From: Thermoplasmata archaeon
GTDB lineage: Archaea; Thermoplasmatota; Thermoplasmata; Lutacidiplasmatales; UBA184
Assembly (NCBI GenBank): GCA_036404475.1
Contig: DASWZL010000080.1
Location: 4,811 to 68,810, forward strand
DNA length: 64,000 nucleotides
Reading direction: 5' to 3'
In this document: positions 8,064 to 16,512 of the stretch, piece by piece
Numbering within the stretch: the first letter of the stretch is position 1
How the letters are laid out: each line of letters begins with the position of its first letter
Program-made: the position numbers and the translations under genes
The notes under the pieces: model-generated
Told to the model about the DNA's origin: nothing
The model's input: the letters and a program-made list of their open reading frames with translations, nothing else
The model's database searches: none

Positions 8064-9803
8064 ATGAATGAGTTTGCCGTCCGCGTCGGCGGTCAGGCCG
8101 GCGATGGAATCGCCTCGATCGGCGAGACGGTCACCCGCTGCTTTTCGCGGATGGGGTACCATGTCTTTGGCATCAACGCCTACCAATCGGTAATCCGGGG
8201 CGGCCACGTTTGGTTCCACGCCCGGGCCTCCGAGAAGCCCGTGCACTCCCCAGGCGACGGTGTTGACATCCTGTACGCCATGGACCGGATGACGGTTGAC
8301 GTCCATTCGGCGCTCCTTCGGCAGGGCGGAACGGTCATCCACGACCCCGAGAAGTTCCCGCTCGCGGCGAGCGACCTCCCGGTGGGCATACATGTCTTGG
8401 CCGTGCCGACGCTCGAGATCGCGCGGAAGTACACGAGCCAATCGATCCTCCAGAACGCCGCCGGCATCGGAGCGATGGCGTATCTCGCGGGCATCCCGCT
8501 CGACATGATCCAATCCGTCCTCACCGATTCGTTCGGGAGGAAAGCCGGGGACATCGTCGCGTGGAACGTCGGCGCGTGCGCCGACGCGTATCACCTCGCC
8601 GAGAAGCAGGCCGCGGTCCACCCCCCGACCCTAACGAAGAAGGGGCCCCCGAAGCTCCTCATGACGGGCAACCAGGCGATTGGGCTCGCCTCCGCCGCGG
8701 CCGGGTGCAAGTTCCTGGTCCAGTACCCCATGACCCCGGCTACCTCGATCATGCACTGGCTCGCGGCCCACTCGCGGGCGACGGGCGTGGTGGTCAAGCA
8801 GTCAGAGGACGAGCTCGCGTCCATCAACATGGCGATCGGCGCATCGTTCACGGGAGTTCGGACGATGACCGCCAGCAGCGGCGGCGGATTCGCGCTCATG
8901 ACCGAAGGTCTCGGAATGGCTGGCATGACGGAGACCCCCGTGGTGGTGGTCGACGCGGCGCGCGCGGGCCCTTCGACGGGGCTACCCACGAAGACCGAGC
9001 AGGGGGACCTCAACCTCCTGCTGGGTGCGGGCCAGGGAGAGTTCCCCCGGGTCGTCCTCGCGCCCTCGAACCCGGTCGAGGCGTACCGCCTGACGATCAC
9101 CGCGTTCGAGCTCGCCGAGAAGTACCAAGTGCCGGCGCTCCTCCTCACCGACTTCCACCTCGCGGAGTGTTGGGAAGGAGTCGACCGGGGCGAGATCAAC
9201 CTTGACGTCCCTATCCCCTCGCTCGTCACGGTCGAGCCGAACACGCCCGACTACCGCCGCTACCGGTACACCGACTCCGGGGTTTCGCCCCGGGCGTTCC
9301 CCGGCCAAGCTGGCCTCAATCACATCGCCTTGTCGGACGAACACGATGAGTGGGGCCACGACGTCTCCGATATCCGCGCGGGGATCCCCGCGTCGGTGAC
9401 CGTGCGGGAGAAGATGATGGAGAAGCGGATGCGCAAGCTCCACGGCCTCGCGAAGGACGCCCCTCCGCCGGTGTTCGAAGGCCCTGCCGATGCCCCCCTC
9501 ACCTTCGTGGCCTGGGGGTCGACCGTCGGCGCCGTTCGTGACGCGATGGAGGTCATGCACGAGAAGGGGAAGACCACCAACCTCCTCCGCTTCCCGACCC
9601 TCTATCCGCTCGACCCCGAGGTGGTCCAATCGATGTTCGCCCGAACTCACAAGACGCTCCTCGTGGAGGGGAACTACTCCGGGCAGTTCGGACACCTCCT
9701 CCGCGCGGAGACCGGCATCGAGCTCCCGCACAAGTTCCTGAAGTACGATGGAGAGCCGTTCTACCCGCACCAGATCATGGCCCACGCACTCGAGGTGATG
9801 TGA
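8064..9803 (+). CDS. korA: 2-oxoacid:ferredoxin oxidoreductase, fused gamma/alpha subunit
   Basis: 579 aa. N-terminal gamma-type domain (RVGGQAGDGI) followed by the alpha domain (TGNQAIGLASAAAGC.., YPMTPATSI). The stop overlaps the korB start. Confidence 0.85.
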   Translation: MNEFAVRVGGQAGDGIASIGETVTRCFSRMGYHVFGINAYQSVIRGGHVWFHARASEKPVHSPGDGVDILYAMDRMTVDVHSALLRQGGTVIHDPEKFPLAASDLPVGIHVLAVPTLEIARKYTSQSILQNAAGIGAMAYLAGIPLDMIQSVLTDSFGRKAGDIVAWNVGACADAYHLAEKQAAVHPPTLTKKGPPKLLMTGNQAIGLASAAAGCKFLVQYPMTPATSIMHWLAAHSRATGVVVKQSEDELASINMAIGASFTGVRTMTASSGGGFALMTEGLGMAGMTETPVVVVDAARAGPSTGLPTKTEQGDLNLLLGAGQGEFPRVVLAPSNPVEAYRLTITAFELAEKYQVPALLLTDFHLAECWEGVDRGEINLDVPIPSLVTVEPNTPDYRRYRYTDSGVSPRAFPGQAGLNHIALSDEHDEWGHDVSDIRAGIPASVTVREKMMEKRMRKLHGLAKDAPPPVFEGPADAPLTFVAWGSTVGAVRDAMEVMHEKGKTTNLLRFPTLYPLDPEVVQSMFARTHKTLLVEGNYSGQFGHLLRAETGIELPHKFLKYDGEPFYPHQIMAHALEVM

Positions 9804-10705
9804 CGATGGCAGAGACCGCTGCGGCGCCCCAAGTCACGACGTCATCGACCCTCCTTCCGGTCGTCGGGAAGTCCCAGATCAAGCCGACCTGGTGCCCCGG
9901 GTGCGGCGATTTCGGTGTCGTCGCGTCCATCGAGATGGCCCTGAAGCGCCTCAAAATCCCGAGCAAGGACGTTGTCATCGTCTCGGGGATTGGCTGCTCG
10001 TCCAACCTCCCGCACTTCCTGTCGTCGTACGGTTTCCACGGGCTCCACGGCCGGGCCATCCCGATCGCCGAGGGGATCCGGTGGGGGAACCACGGGCTCA
10101 CGGTCATCGCGACCGGCGGCGACGGGGACGGCTTCGGGATCGGGGCCGGCCACCTCATCCACGCGATGCGACGCAACGTCAAGCTGACGTACGTCACGAT
10201 GGACAACCAGGTCTACGGCCTCACGACCGGCCAGGCGAGCCCGACGTCGAGGATGGGCCAGAAGACCAAGTCGACGCCGACGGGGGTCATCGAGAACCCG
10301 CTCGACCCGATCGCCCTCGCGCTCGCGAGCGGCGCGACGTACGTCGCCCGCGGGTTCTCGGGGGACGTGAAGCACCTGACCGACCTCGTCGCGAACGGCA
10401 TCCAGCACAAGGGGTTCGCGTTCGTGGACGTCTTCTCCCCCTGTGTGACGTACAACAAGATCAACACGTTCGACTTCTTCCGCCAGCGGGTCTACAAGCT
10501 CGAGAGCGCCGGCCACGACCCGAGCGACATCGTCGCGGCGTGGCAGCGTTCGCTCGAGTGGGGGGACAAGATCCCGATCGGGCTGTTCTACTCGGTCGAG
10601 AAGCCGACGTACGAGGATCTCGAGGAAGTGCTGGCCGCCGGGCCGCTGGCCTCTCAGCCGACCGGGCTCAAAGGGCGCGAAAAGCTCCTCGACGAGTTCG
10701 TCTAA
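9800..10705 (+). CDS. korB: 2-oxoacid:ferredoxin oxidoreductase, beta (TPP-binding) subunit
   Basis: 301 aa. WCPGCGDFG and the TPP motif GGDGDGFGIG..MDNQVYGLT are present. Confidence 0.9.
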   Translation: MTMAETAAAPQVTTSSTLLPVVGKSQIKPTWCPGCGDFGVVASIEMALKRLKIPSKDVVIVSGIGCSSNLPHFLSSYGFHGLHGRAIPIAEGIRWGNHGLTVIATGGDGDGFGIGAGHLIHAMRRNVKLTYVTMDNQVYGLTTGQASPTSRMGQKTKSTPTGVIENPLDPIALALASGATYVARGFSGDVKHLTDLVANGIQHKGFAFVDVFSPCVTYNKINTFDFFRQRVYKLESAGHDPSDIVAAWQRSLEWGDKIPIGLFYSVEKPTYEDLEEVLAAGPLASQPTGLKGREKLLDEFV

Positions 10706-10733
10706 CGACCGGCGAACTCCCGCCGGCGGTCCG

Positions 10734-12785
10734 TCAGCCGACGACCGCGAACAGGTAGGCGTCGTCGTCGCTGTGGAGCAGCGGGTAGGACGCGGATTCC
10801 GAGAGGAACGGCCGGGGAGAGAACGCCCACCAGAGGACCGTATTGTTGCCGGTCACGAAGATGTACCCCACGTGAAGGACGGCGAGGGCCCGCACGTCCG
10901 CGGGGCCGAGCGTCCCGTTCGGGAGGTCGTGGACCAGAAGCTCGTACGAGGCGTTCACCGTCGACCACCCCGGCACCATGGGATAGAGGAGGACGATGTT
11001 GGAGCAGTATCCGGGCAAAAACTGGCCGGCGCTCCCCGGCGCGACCAGAACCCGGGCGCCAGCGGGAAGGTGGGTTCCCGCGTACTCGAGAAGGTCGAAG
11101 TCGCCCGCGGTCACGTTCCCAAAGTCATGATACAGCTCGGAGAGCCCGGGCGCTAGTTCGGTCGGGGTGAGGACGACCCCGGGAACCACGATCACGACCA
11201 CGATCATCAACGGGGCGACGGCCCGGAGGGCGGTCGACGGGACCCTCCTCGGCCGACGGGGGCCGGCCGACGCGCGGCCCGTTGTGGGCGCCCGCTCCGT
11301 GCGGCGGACCCAACCCACGAACCTCTCGAATGCGAGGGCGAGAGGGACGGCCGCGACGAGTCCGTAGAGGGCGAAGAGCCAGATCGAGAGCTCCTCCGCG
11401 CTCGATATGCCACCGAACGCGAGACCCGGACCAAAGCCGTAGTGCGCCGCCCAGAAGAGGGCCAAGAGACCCACCAGGGCGGCCGCGGCGCCGGCCACGA
11501 ACGGGCGGAACGGTTCAAGGTATCTTCCGAGCGCCGAATCTCGGCCGACGAGGAACAGCAGCGCGAGCCCGAGAACGATCAGGATGGCGAGCTCGAGCCG
11601 CAACCCGGCGACCGGAGAAAGTTGGACGTCGGTCGACCGGAAGAGGAACGGGTCGATGCTACCGAAGAACTGGGCTTCGGTGATCCCGGTCGGGCTACCG
11701 GCTGGCGCCGAGGTCGCCCCCGGGACGAATCCGGGGCTTGAGCGCCCGAGACCGAGGACGTAGAGCGACGGGACGATTCCGATCAGGGTCGCTCCGACGG
11801 CGACTCCCCATCGCGCGACCCAGCCGCGCACGAGGCCGCCGAAGCGAGGTCGAGTGAGGAGAGCGGCGACCGGCAGGGTGAGCAGGAGCCACTCGGCGCC
11901 GACCGGGTTCATCGCCGCCGAGTAGCCGGTCAGCAGTCCGAACCCGAAGGCGTCCGAGAACCGCGGGAGCGGCGAGCGCAGCCAGACGACGGCCTGGCCT
12001 GCGAGGAGGAGGACGAGCGGGAACGCGAAGACGAAGTCGTTGCTGCCGGCCACCATACCTCGAGTGCCGGGCCCCACCCACGCGAGGAGTAGGGCCATCG
12101 CGAGGCCGGCCCGGTCGCTTCCGAACAGGCGTCGGCCGAAGACGAATCCCGCGAGAGGGGCCAACGCGAGGAAGAGCGGGGTCACGAGGAGGCTCGTCCT
12201 CGCGGGCGGCAGCCCGAAGACCAGCTGCGCCCAGCCGAGCCAGACGGTCGTCCCTTGCGGGTAAAGGACTCCGGTCGAGGCGTACGGAGCGAACGAGAGC
12301 GCGGTCACGTGGTTCTGCAAGAGGAGGCTCGTGTACACGGTCAATAGACTCGAGTCGAACGTGTTCCCCGTGCCGACCGGGAGGGTGACCCAGAGTTCCA
12401 CGACGAACAGACCCAGGGCGGAGAGGAGGACCGCGAGGTAGACGGGACGGCCGAGGGGCGCGAGCGAGGCCAGGAGTTCGTCGGTCCACCCGGGCCGCCG
12501 AGACGAACGGATCGCGAGGGTCACCGCCCCCGCCGCCGCCCCGATGGGGAGCAGGTAGACGACGGGAGCGACGAAGGCGTCCCACGGAACGGAGGCGACG
12601 AGATAGAGGAGCGCCCCTCCGAGATAGAAGTCGAGGAGCCCCCGTTCGATCGGCTCGGGTCGCCGCCAGAGAGGCACCCATCGCGCCGTGAGCGCTCGGA
12701 CGAACTCGCCCACGACCACCGCGAGGGCGGCCCAGGCGAGCAGGGCCGCAGCCCATTCTCCACCCCCCGGACCGGGAATGCCCAC
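10734..12785 (-). CDS. Large polytopic membrane protein with extracytoplasmic C-terminal domain (possible GT-C-like glycosyltransferase; function unproven)
   Basis: 683 aa. More than 12 hydrophobic segments are followed by a roughly 160-aa non-hydrophobic tail carrying four N-x-S/T sequons (NVT, NAS, NGT, NNT). There is no WWDYG motif, so it is not an obvious AglB/STT3. Confidence 0.55.
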   Translation of the reverse strand: MGIPGPGGGEWAAALLAWAALAVVVGEFVRALTARWVPLWRRPEPIERGLLDFYLGGALLYLVASVPWDAFVAPVVYLLPIGAAAGAVTLAIRSSRRPGWTDELLASLAPLGRPVYLAVLLSALGLFVVELWVTLPVGTGNTFDSSLLTVYTSLLLQNHVTALSFAPYASTGVLYPQGTTVWLGWAQLVFGLPPARTSLLVTPLFLALAPLAGFVFGRRLFGSDRAGLAMALLLAWVGPGTRGMVAGSNDFVFAFPLVLLLAGQAVVWLRSPLPRFSDAFGFGLLTGYSAAMNPVGAEWLLLTLPVAALLTRPRFGGLVRGWVARWGVAVGATLIGIVPSLYVLGLGRSSPGFVPGATSAPAGSPTGITEAQFFGSIDPFLFRSTDVQLSPVAGLRLELAILIVLGLALLFLVGRDSALGRYLEPFRPFVAGAAAALVGLLALFWAAHYGFGPGLAFGGISSAEELSIWLFALYGLVAAVPLALAFERFVGWVRRTERAPTTGRASAGPRRPRRVPSTALRAVAPLMIVVVIVVPGVVLTPTELAPGLSELYHDFGNVTAGDFDLLEYAGTHLPAGARVLVAPGSAGQFLPGYCSNIVLLYPMVPGWSTVNASYELLVHDLPNGTLGPADVRALAVLHVGYIFVTGNNTVLWWAFSPRPFLSESASYPLLHSDDDAYLFAVVG

Positions 12786-12884
12786 GATAAGGCCAGCGGA
12801 GGTCGGCTACTAGAATCCTAACCCTGCCTTCCGAACACTACACTTTTAGCATGTCGAGGGGAATTCCGCTCGCAGGCGAAGGTC

Positions 12885-14447
12885 TTGGCCACCGATTCCG
12901 AAGACCTGGTTCGGGAGGGACTGTCGAGCGTCACCAAAGGCACCCTCTTCCTGTTGGTCGCCACTCTCGTCCTGGTCGGCCTTAACTTCGTCTCGAGGGT
13001 GGTCATCGTCCGGAGCATCTCGGCGAGCGACTGGAGCTCGTTCTCCTTCGGCTTGACGCTGGCGGGGGTGCTCGCCGCGATCGGGTCCCTCGGTCTGCCG
13101 AGCGCGGTAGCCCGAAGCTTGCCCTACGCAACCTCGGACGATGAGCGTCGGACCATCGTTCGAGGTGCCTTATGGATCGGGGGCGGGGCCGCGCTCGGAA
13201 TCTCGGTCCTCCTCTTCGTATTCGCCGGACCGATCGGGCAGTCGCTCGGGTCTCCCGGGATCACCCTCGGCCTCCAGTTCTTCCCCGTCGCGGTCGGCTC
13301 GGGGATCCTCGCGGGCCTGATCGCCTCGATCTTCCAGGGATACGAGGACGTCACTCCGAACGCCCTCTTCGTCCAGGTCGTCAACCCGGCGTTGTTCGTC
13401 GCGTTCCTCACCGTGTGGCTCGTACTGCCGCCGCCCGGGATCACCTACGAAGAGGCGCTCCTCGCCTTCGCCCTGGCGAACGCGGTCACTCTCGGGCTGC
13501 TCGTCGTCTACCTGGTCCGCCGCCTGCCTCGGCACCTCTCCCCAGGGCCCCGGGCGCCCTCCGCGCTCCCTCGTCTCCTCCGGTTCACGGCGCCGCTCCT
13601 TGTCGTGGGCGTCATGGGGACGATCGCGGGCTCCGGGGACACGCTCATTCTCGGCATCTTCCACCCGAGCGAGGTCGGGACGTATACCGCGTCGCTCACC
13701 CTCGCCCGCCTGGTTCCGATCGGGATCGGCGCGGCGGCGTACATCTTCCTACCGGTCGCGAGTCGGTTCGTCCGGCAGGGCGATACCCCGTCGATCGCCA
13801 CCACGTACGCCACCGTGACGAAATGGATGATCCTCGTTTCCCTGCCGCTCTTCCTCCTCTTCTTCTTCCTGCCGAGCGCCTCGCTCGGGTTCGTCTACGG
13901 CCCGAACTACATGACCATCGTACTACCGCTCCAGATCACGGTGGCCGGAGCGTTTGCCACCACCGTCCTCGGACCTGCGCCGACCGCCCAGGTGGCGTTC
14001 GGGCAGACGCGGCTCCTGGCCGCCAACGCGATCGCGGCGGGGCTCGTCGACATCATTGTCGCGTTCGCCCTCGTCCCGACCTACGGATACGTGGGGGCGG
14101 CCATCGCCTGGGGGGTCGCCAATGCGGCCTACTCGACGCTATCCCTGGTCCAGCTCGGTTTCCTCACCCGGGTCCACCCGTTCGAGTGGCACTTCGTCAC
14201 CCCCCTCCTGGTCACGGCGCTCCCGGTCGGTGTCGGGCTCTGGCTCCTGCACCCGACCCTGCCCTGGTGGGTCCTACCTCCCCTCGGGCTCGGGGTCGCC
14301 CTTTTGTTCGTGATCCTCGTCCTTGCCACCCGTTCGGTCGACGACGGGGACCGCCTTCTCCTCGAGGCCGTCGAGCAGCTGGTCGGCCGGCCCCTTCCGT
14401 TCTTCCGTCGCCTCGGGCGATACGCCCTCCGGCGTCGTGCTCCCTGA
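12885..14447 (+). CDS. Polysaccharide/oligosaccharide flippase, MOP (Wzx-like) family
   Basis: 520 aa with about 14 predicted TM segments. The N-terminal ..SVTKGTLFLLVATLVLVGLNFVSRVVIVR.. is typical of polysaccharide biosynthesis (PST) proteins. TTG start. Confidence 0.62.
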   Translation: MATDSEDLVREGLSSVTKGTLFLLVATLVLVGLNFVSRVVIVRSISASDWSSFSFGLTLAGVLAAIGSLGLPSAVARSLPYATSDDERRTIVRGALWIGGGAALGISVLLFVFAGPIGQSLGSPGITLGLQFFPVAVGSGILAGLIASIFQGYEDVTPNALFVQVVNPALFVAFLTVWLVLPPPGITYEEALLAFALANAVTLGLLVVYLVRRLPRHLSPGPRAPSALPRLLRFTAPLLVVGVMGTIAGSGDTLILGIFHPSEVGTYTASLTLARLVPIGIGAAAYIFLPVASRFVRQGDTPSIATTYATVTKWMILVSLPLFLLFFFLPSASLGFVYGPNYMTIVLPLQITVAGAFATTVLGPAPTAQVAFGQTRLLAANAIAAGLVDIIVAFALVPTYGYVGAAIAWGVANAAYSTLSLVQLGFLTRVHPFEWHFVTPLLVTALPVGVGLWLLHPTLPWWVLPPLGLGVALLFVILVLATRSVDDGDRLLLEAVEQLVGRPLPFFRRLGRYALRRRAP

Positions 14448-14708
14448 GGGGTTCGCGGACGGCGACCCGGCCCGGTCGCGAACATGCTCGATGAGAAGCA
14501 GGACGACTCCCCCCGCGAGGAGGAAGAAGACGTACTCCGCGAGCGAGTTCGCGGCATCGACCTCCCCGGCAGCGTCCACGACCGCTGTCACGACCAGGAG
14601 GACCAGAGCGGCCCCGATGGGATACCGCCCATCCAACCGGGCCCACACAGAATAGACCAGGTAGGCGAGGAGGAGACCGACAAAGATCGTGGTGTACGGG
14701 ATGTCCAT
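14274..14708 (-). CDS. Small membrane protein (3 TM) with low-complexity tail
   Basis: 144 aa. The N-terminal 80 aa are hydrophobic helices. CTATTAT is centred 31 bp upstream of the ATG. The tail is antisense to the last 174 nt of the flippase gene. Confidence 0.4.
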   Translation of the reverse strand: MDIPYTTIFVGLLLAYLVYSVWARLDGRYPIGAALVLLVVTAVVDAAGEVDAANSLAEYVFFLLAGGVVLLLIEHVRDRAGSPSANPSGSTTPEGVSPEATEERKGPADQLLDGLEEKAVPVVDRTGGKDEDHEQKGDPEPEGR

Positions 14709-14735
14709 CGGTCCGGCATCGGGAGCGGGCCGGGA

Positions 14736-14742
14736 CTATTAT
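14736..14742 (-). promoter_or_regulatory. TATA-like box CTATTAT
   Basis: Centred 31 bp upstream of the minus-strand ATG at 14708. Confidence 0.3.
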
Positions 14743-14852
14743 CCTATTCCGGGCGTCCCTCGAACTCCCGGCACGGCCGTTCACGTCCCTTCGAACGCTT
14801 GTATAACGTCACCGGATTCCTCGTCAGGCTTACATAGGGCCAGCGTCATCGT

Positions 14853-14859
14853 GTATAGG
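14853..14859 (+). promoter_or_regulatory. TATA-like box TGTATAG
   Basis: Centred 31 bp upstream of GTG 14887. Confidence 0.3.
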
Positions 14860-14886
14860 GGAGGGCGGTCCGTCCTTCCGGTCATC

Positions 14887-15456
14887 GTGTCAGACCGAAG
14901 AGGTTCTCGCATAGTCCCGCTCGCGCTTGGCCTCGCCATGCTCGCGGTCGTCCTCGCCGCGGGCCTGTTCCCGAATGTCGGTACGGTTCAGGCCCAGACG
15001 TCCTGCCCGTACGGGGTCTGCCCGTCCTCATCTTCCTCGGGCATTCCGGCCTGGGAGATCGCCGCCATCTTGATCATCATCATCGCCGGGGTCATCGCCG
15101 CGACGTTGTTCCTCATGCGCCGGCGCCGCCCGCCGCCTGCCACTTCCGTCGCCGGGGGGACGGCCGGACCTGCCGAAGGAGCGGGACCAGCCGGCGGAGC
15201 CGCGGCTCCTCCGTACCTCGAGACCGCCGAGGATGTGGGCCACGCGCCGCCGTCGGTCATCCCGCCGGGGGTTGTCGGAGCCGCCGGTGCGGCGGGGGCA
15301 GCGGGCGCGACCGCGGGGGCCGGGGCGGGGTCCGACATCGACTCCCTCATGGCCGAACTCGATAAGATCAGCGGCGAGATCCTGAAGAAGCCCCCGAAGA
15401 AGGGACCGGGGGCGAAGGACTCGGACGTGGTCGAGGACGTTGAGAAGTCCCCGTAG
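14887..15456 (+). CDS. Bitopic/two-TM membrane protein with Ala/Gly/Pro-rich cytoplasmic tail
   Basis: GTG start chosen just before the first hydrophobic segment (RIVPLALGLAMLAVVLAAGL). A short Cys-containing loop (TSCPYGVCP) and a second TM (WEIAAILIIIIAGVIAATLFL, followed by RRRR) come next. The tail is low-complexity and ends in an amphipathic DIDSLMAELDKISGEILKK. Confidence 0.5.
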   Translation: MSDRRGSRIVPLALGLAMLAVVLAAGLFPNVGTVQAQTSCPYGVCPSSSSSGIPAWEIAAILIIIIAGVIAATLFLMRRRRPPPATSVAGGTAGPAEGAGPAGGAAAPPYLETAEDVGHAPPSVIPPGVVGAAGAAGAAGATAGAGAGSDIDSLMAELDKISGEILKKPPKKGPGAKDSDVVEDVEKSP

Positions 15457-15513
15457 GGACCTCGCTCGGGTCGGACGGCGCCCGTTAAAAAGGCGCCCGG
15501 CGTTTCGTCCCCG

Positions 15514-15768
15514 ATGACCGGGGCGGAGACGTCGACGAACGGCGACGCGCTCCTCGTGGAGCTTCGCCGGGCGGTCGAGCAAGCTCCGGAACGACCCCGG
15601 GAGATCGAAGTGGGGATTGCCCTCTCCATCGCCCTCGGCCGCCAACGTCCCGTCGTGTCGTGCGGCGGTTGTCAGAATCCCCTCGAGTTCGACGGGATCC
15701 CCGCCCGGACCAACAGCCAACTGCGAACCCCCTTTCGTCTCCTCTTCGGACCGACGTCCGGGACGTGA
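15514..15768 (+). CDS. Possible small protein (84 aa, CGGC motif), unverified
   Basis: ATG start and G/C-rich third positions. It fills most of the 350-bp gap before dedA. I recognise no family. Confidence 0.25.
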   Translation: MTGAETSTNGDALLVELRRAVEQAPERPREIEVGIALSIALGRQRPVVSCGGCQNPLEFDGIPARTNSQLRTPFRLLFGPTSGT

Positions 15769-15807
15769 GCTCCGACCGCCCGTCGGAACCGGGGGGGTCG
15801 CGCCATT

Positions 15808-16512
15808 GTGACGTTCTCACTGATCGGGTCGGTCGTGGACGTCATCACGACCGTGATGACGACGATCGGGCTCCCCGGCCTCCTCGCCCTGATGGTGGTC
15901 TCGATGATCGGGGTTGCTCCGATTCCGGCCGAGGTCATCCTGCCGTTCGCTGGCTTCTTAGTGGCCAACGGGACCTTCGCCTTCGGCTGGGCGCTGACCG
16001 CGGCGCTCGCGGGTACCATGATCGGCGCCTACGCCGCCTACGCGGTGGGCCTTTGGTGGCGCGACCGCATCACGGGGCTCGGGATCGGCCACCTTCGGCT
16101 CGAAGCTCGCACCCTGGAGCGGATGGACCGCTTCTTTGCCCGTCGAGGCGAGATCACGGTCGCCCTCCTCCGTCTCGTTCCGGTCGTCCGGACGTACATC
16201 AGTTACCCCGCGGGGACCGCTCGGATGGAGCCCTTTCGTTTTGGGGTCTACACGCTGGCCGGTGCGATCCCCTACACGGTGGCACTGATCTATGCCGGGA
16301 TGCTCCTTCGGTCGAACTGGGTTCTCCTATCCTCCTACCTCCAGTTGTTTGACGTGCCCGTCCTAGTGCTCGTGCTGGCGGTCGTGGCCTACCTCGTTCT
16401 GCAGATCGTGGGAGTCCTGGAACCCGGATGGCCTCCCCGCCGGACCCGCTCCCCCCGATCGAGGACCCCGTCCGGGGGAGCGCCAGCGGGACCTCCTCCG
16501 TCGTCCCCCTGA
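15808..16512 (+). CDS. dedA: DedA/SNARE-associated family membrane protein
   Basis: 234 aa. ..PIPAEVILPFAGFLVA.G.. and ..LLRLVPVVRTYISYPAG.. are the two DedA family blocks. Confidence 0.8.
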   Translation: MTFSLIGSVVDVITTVMTTIGLPGLLALMVVSMIGVAPIPAEVILPFAGFLVANGTFAFGWALTAALAGTMIGAYAAYAVGLWWRDRITGLGIGHLRLEARTLERMDRFFARRGEITVALLRLVPVVRTYISYPAGTARMEPFRFGVYTLAGAIPYTVALIYAGMLLRSNWVLLSSYLQLFDVPVLVLVLAVVAYLVLQIVGVLEPGWPPRRTRSPRSRTPSGGAPAGPPPSSP

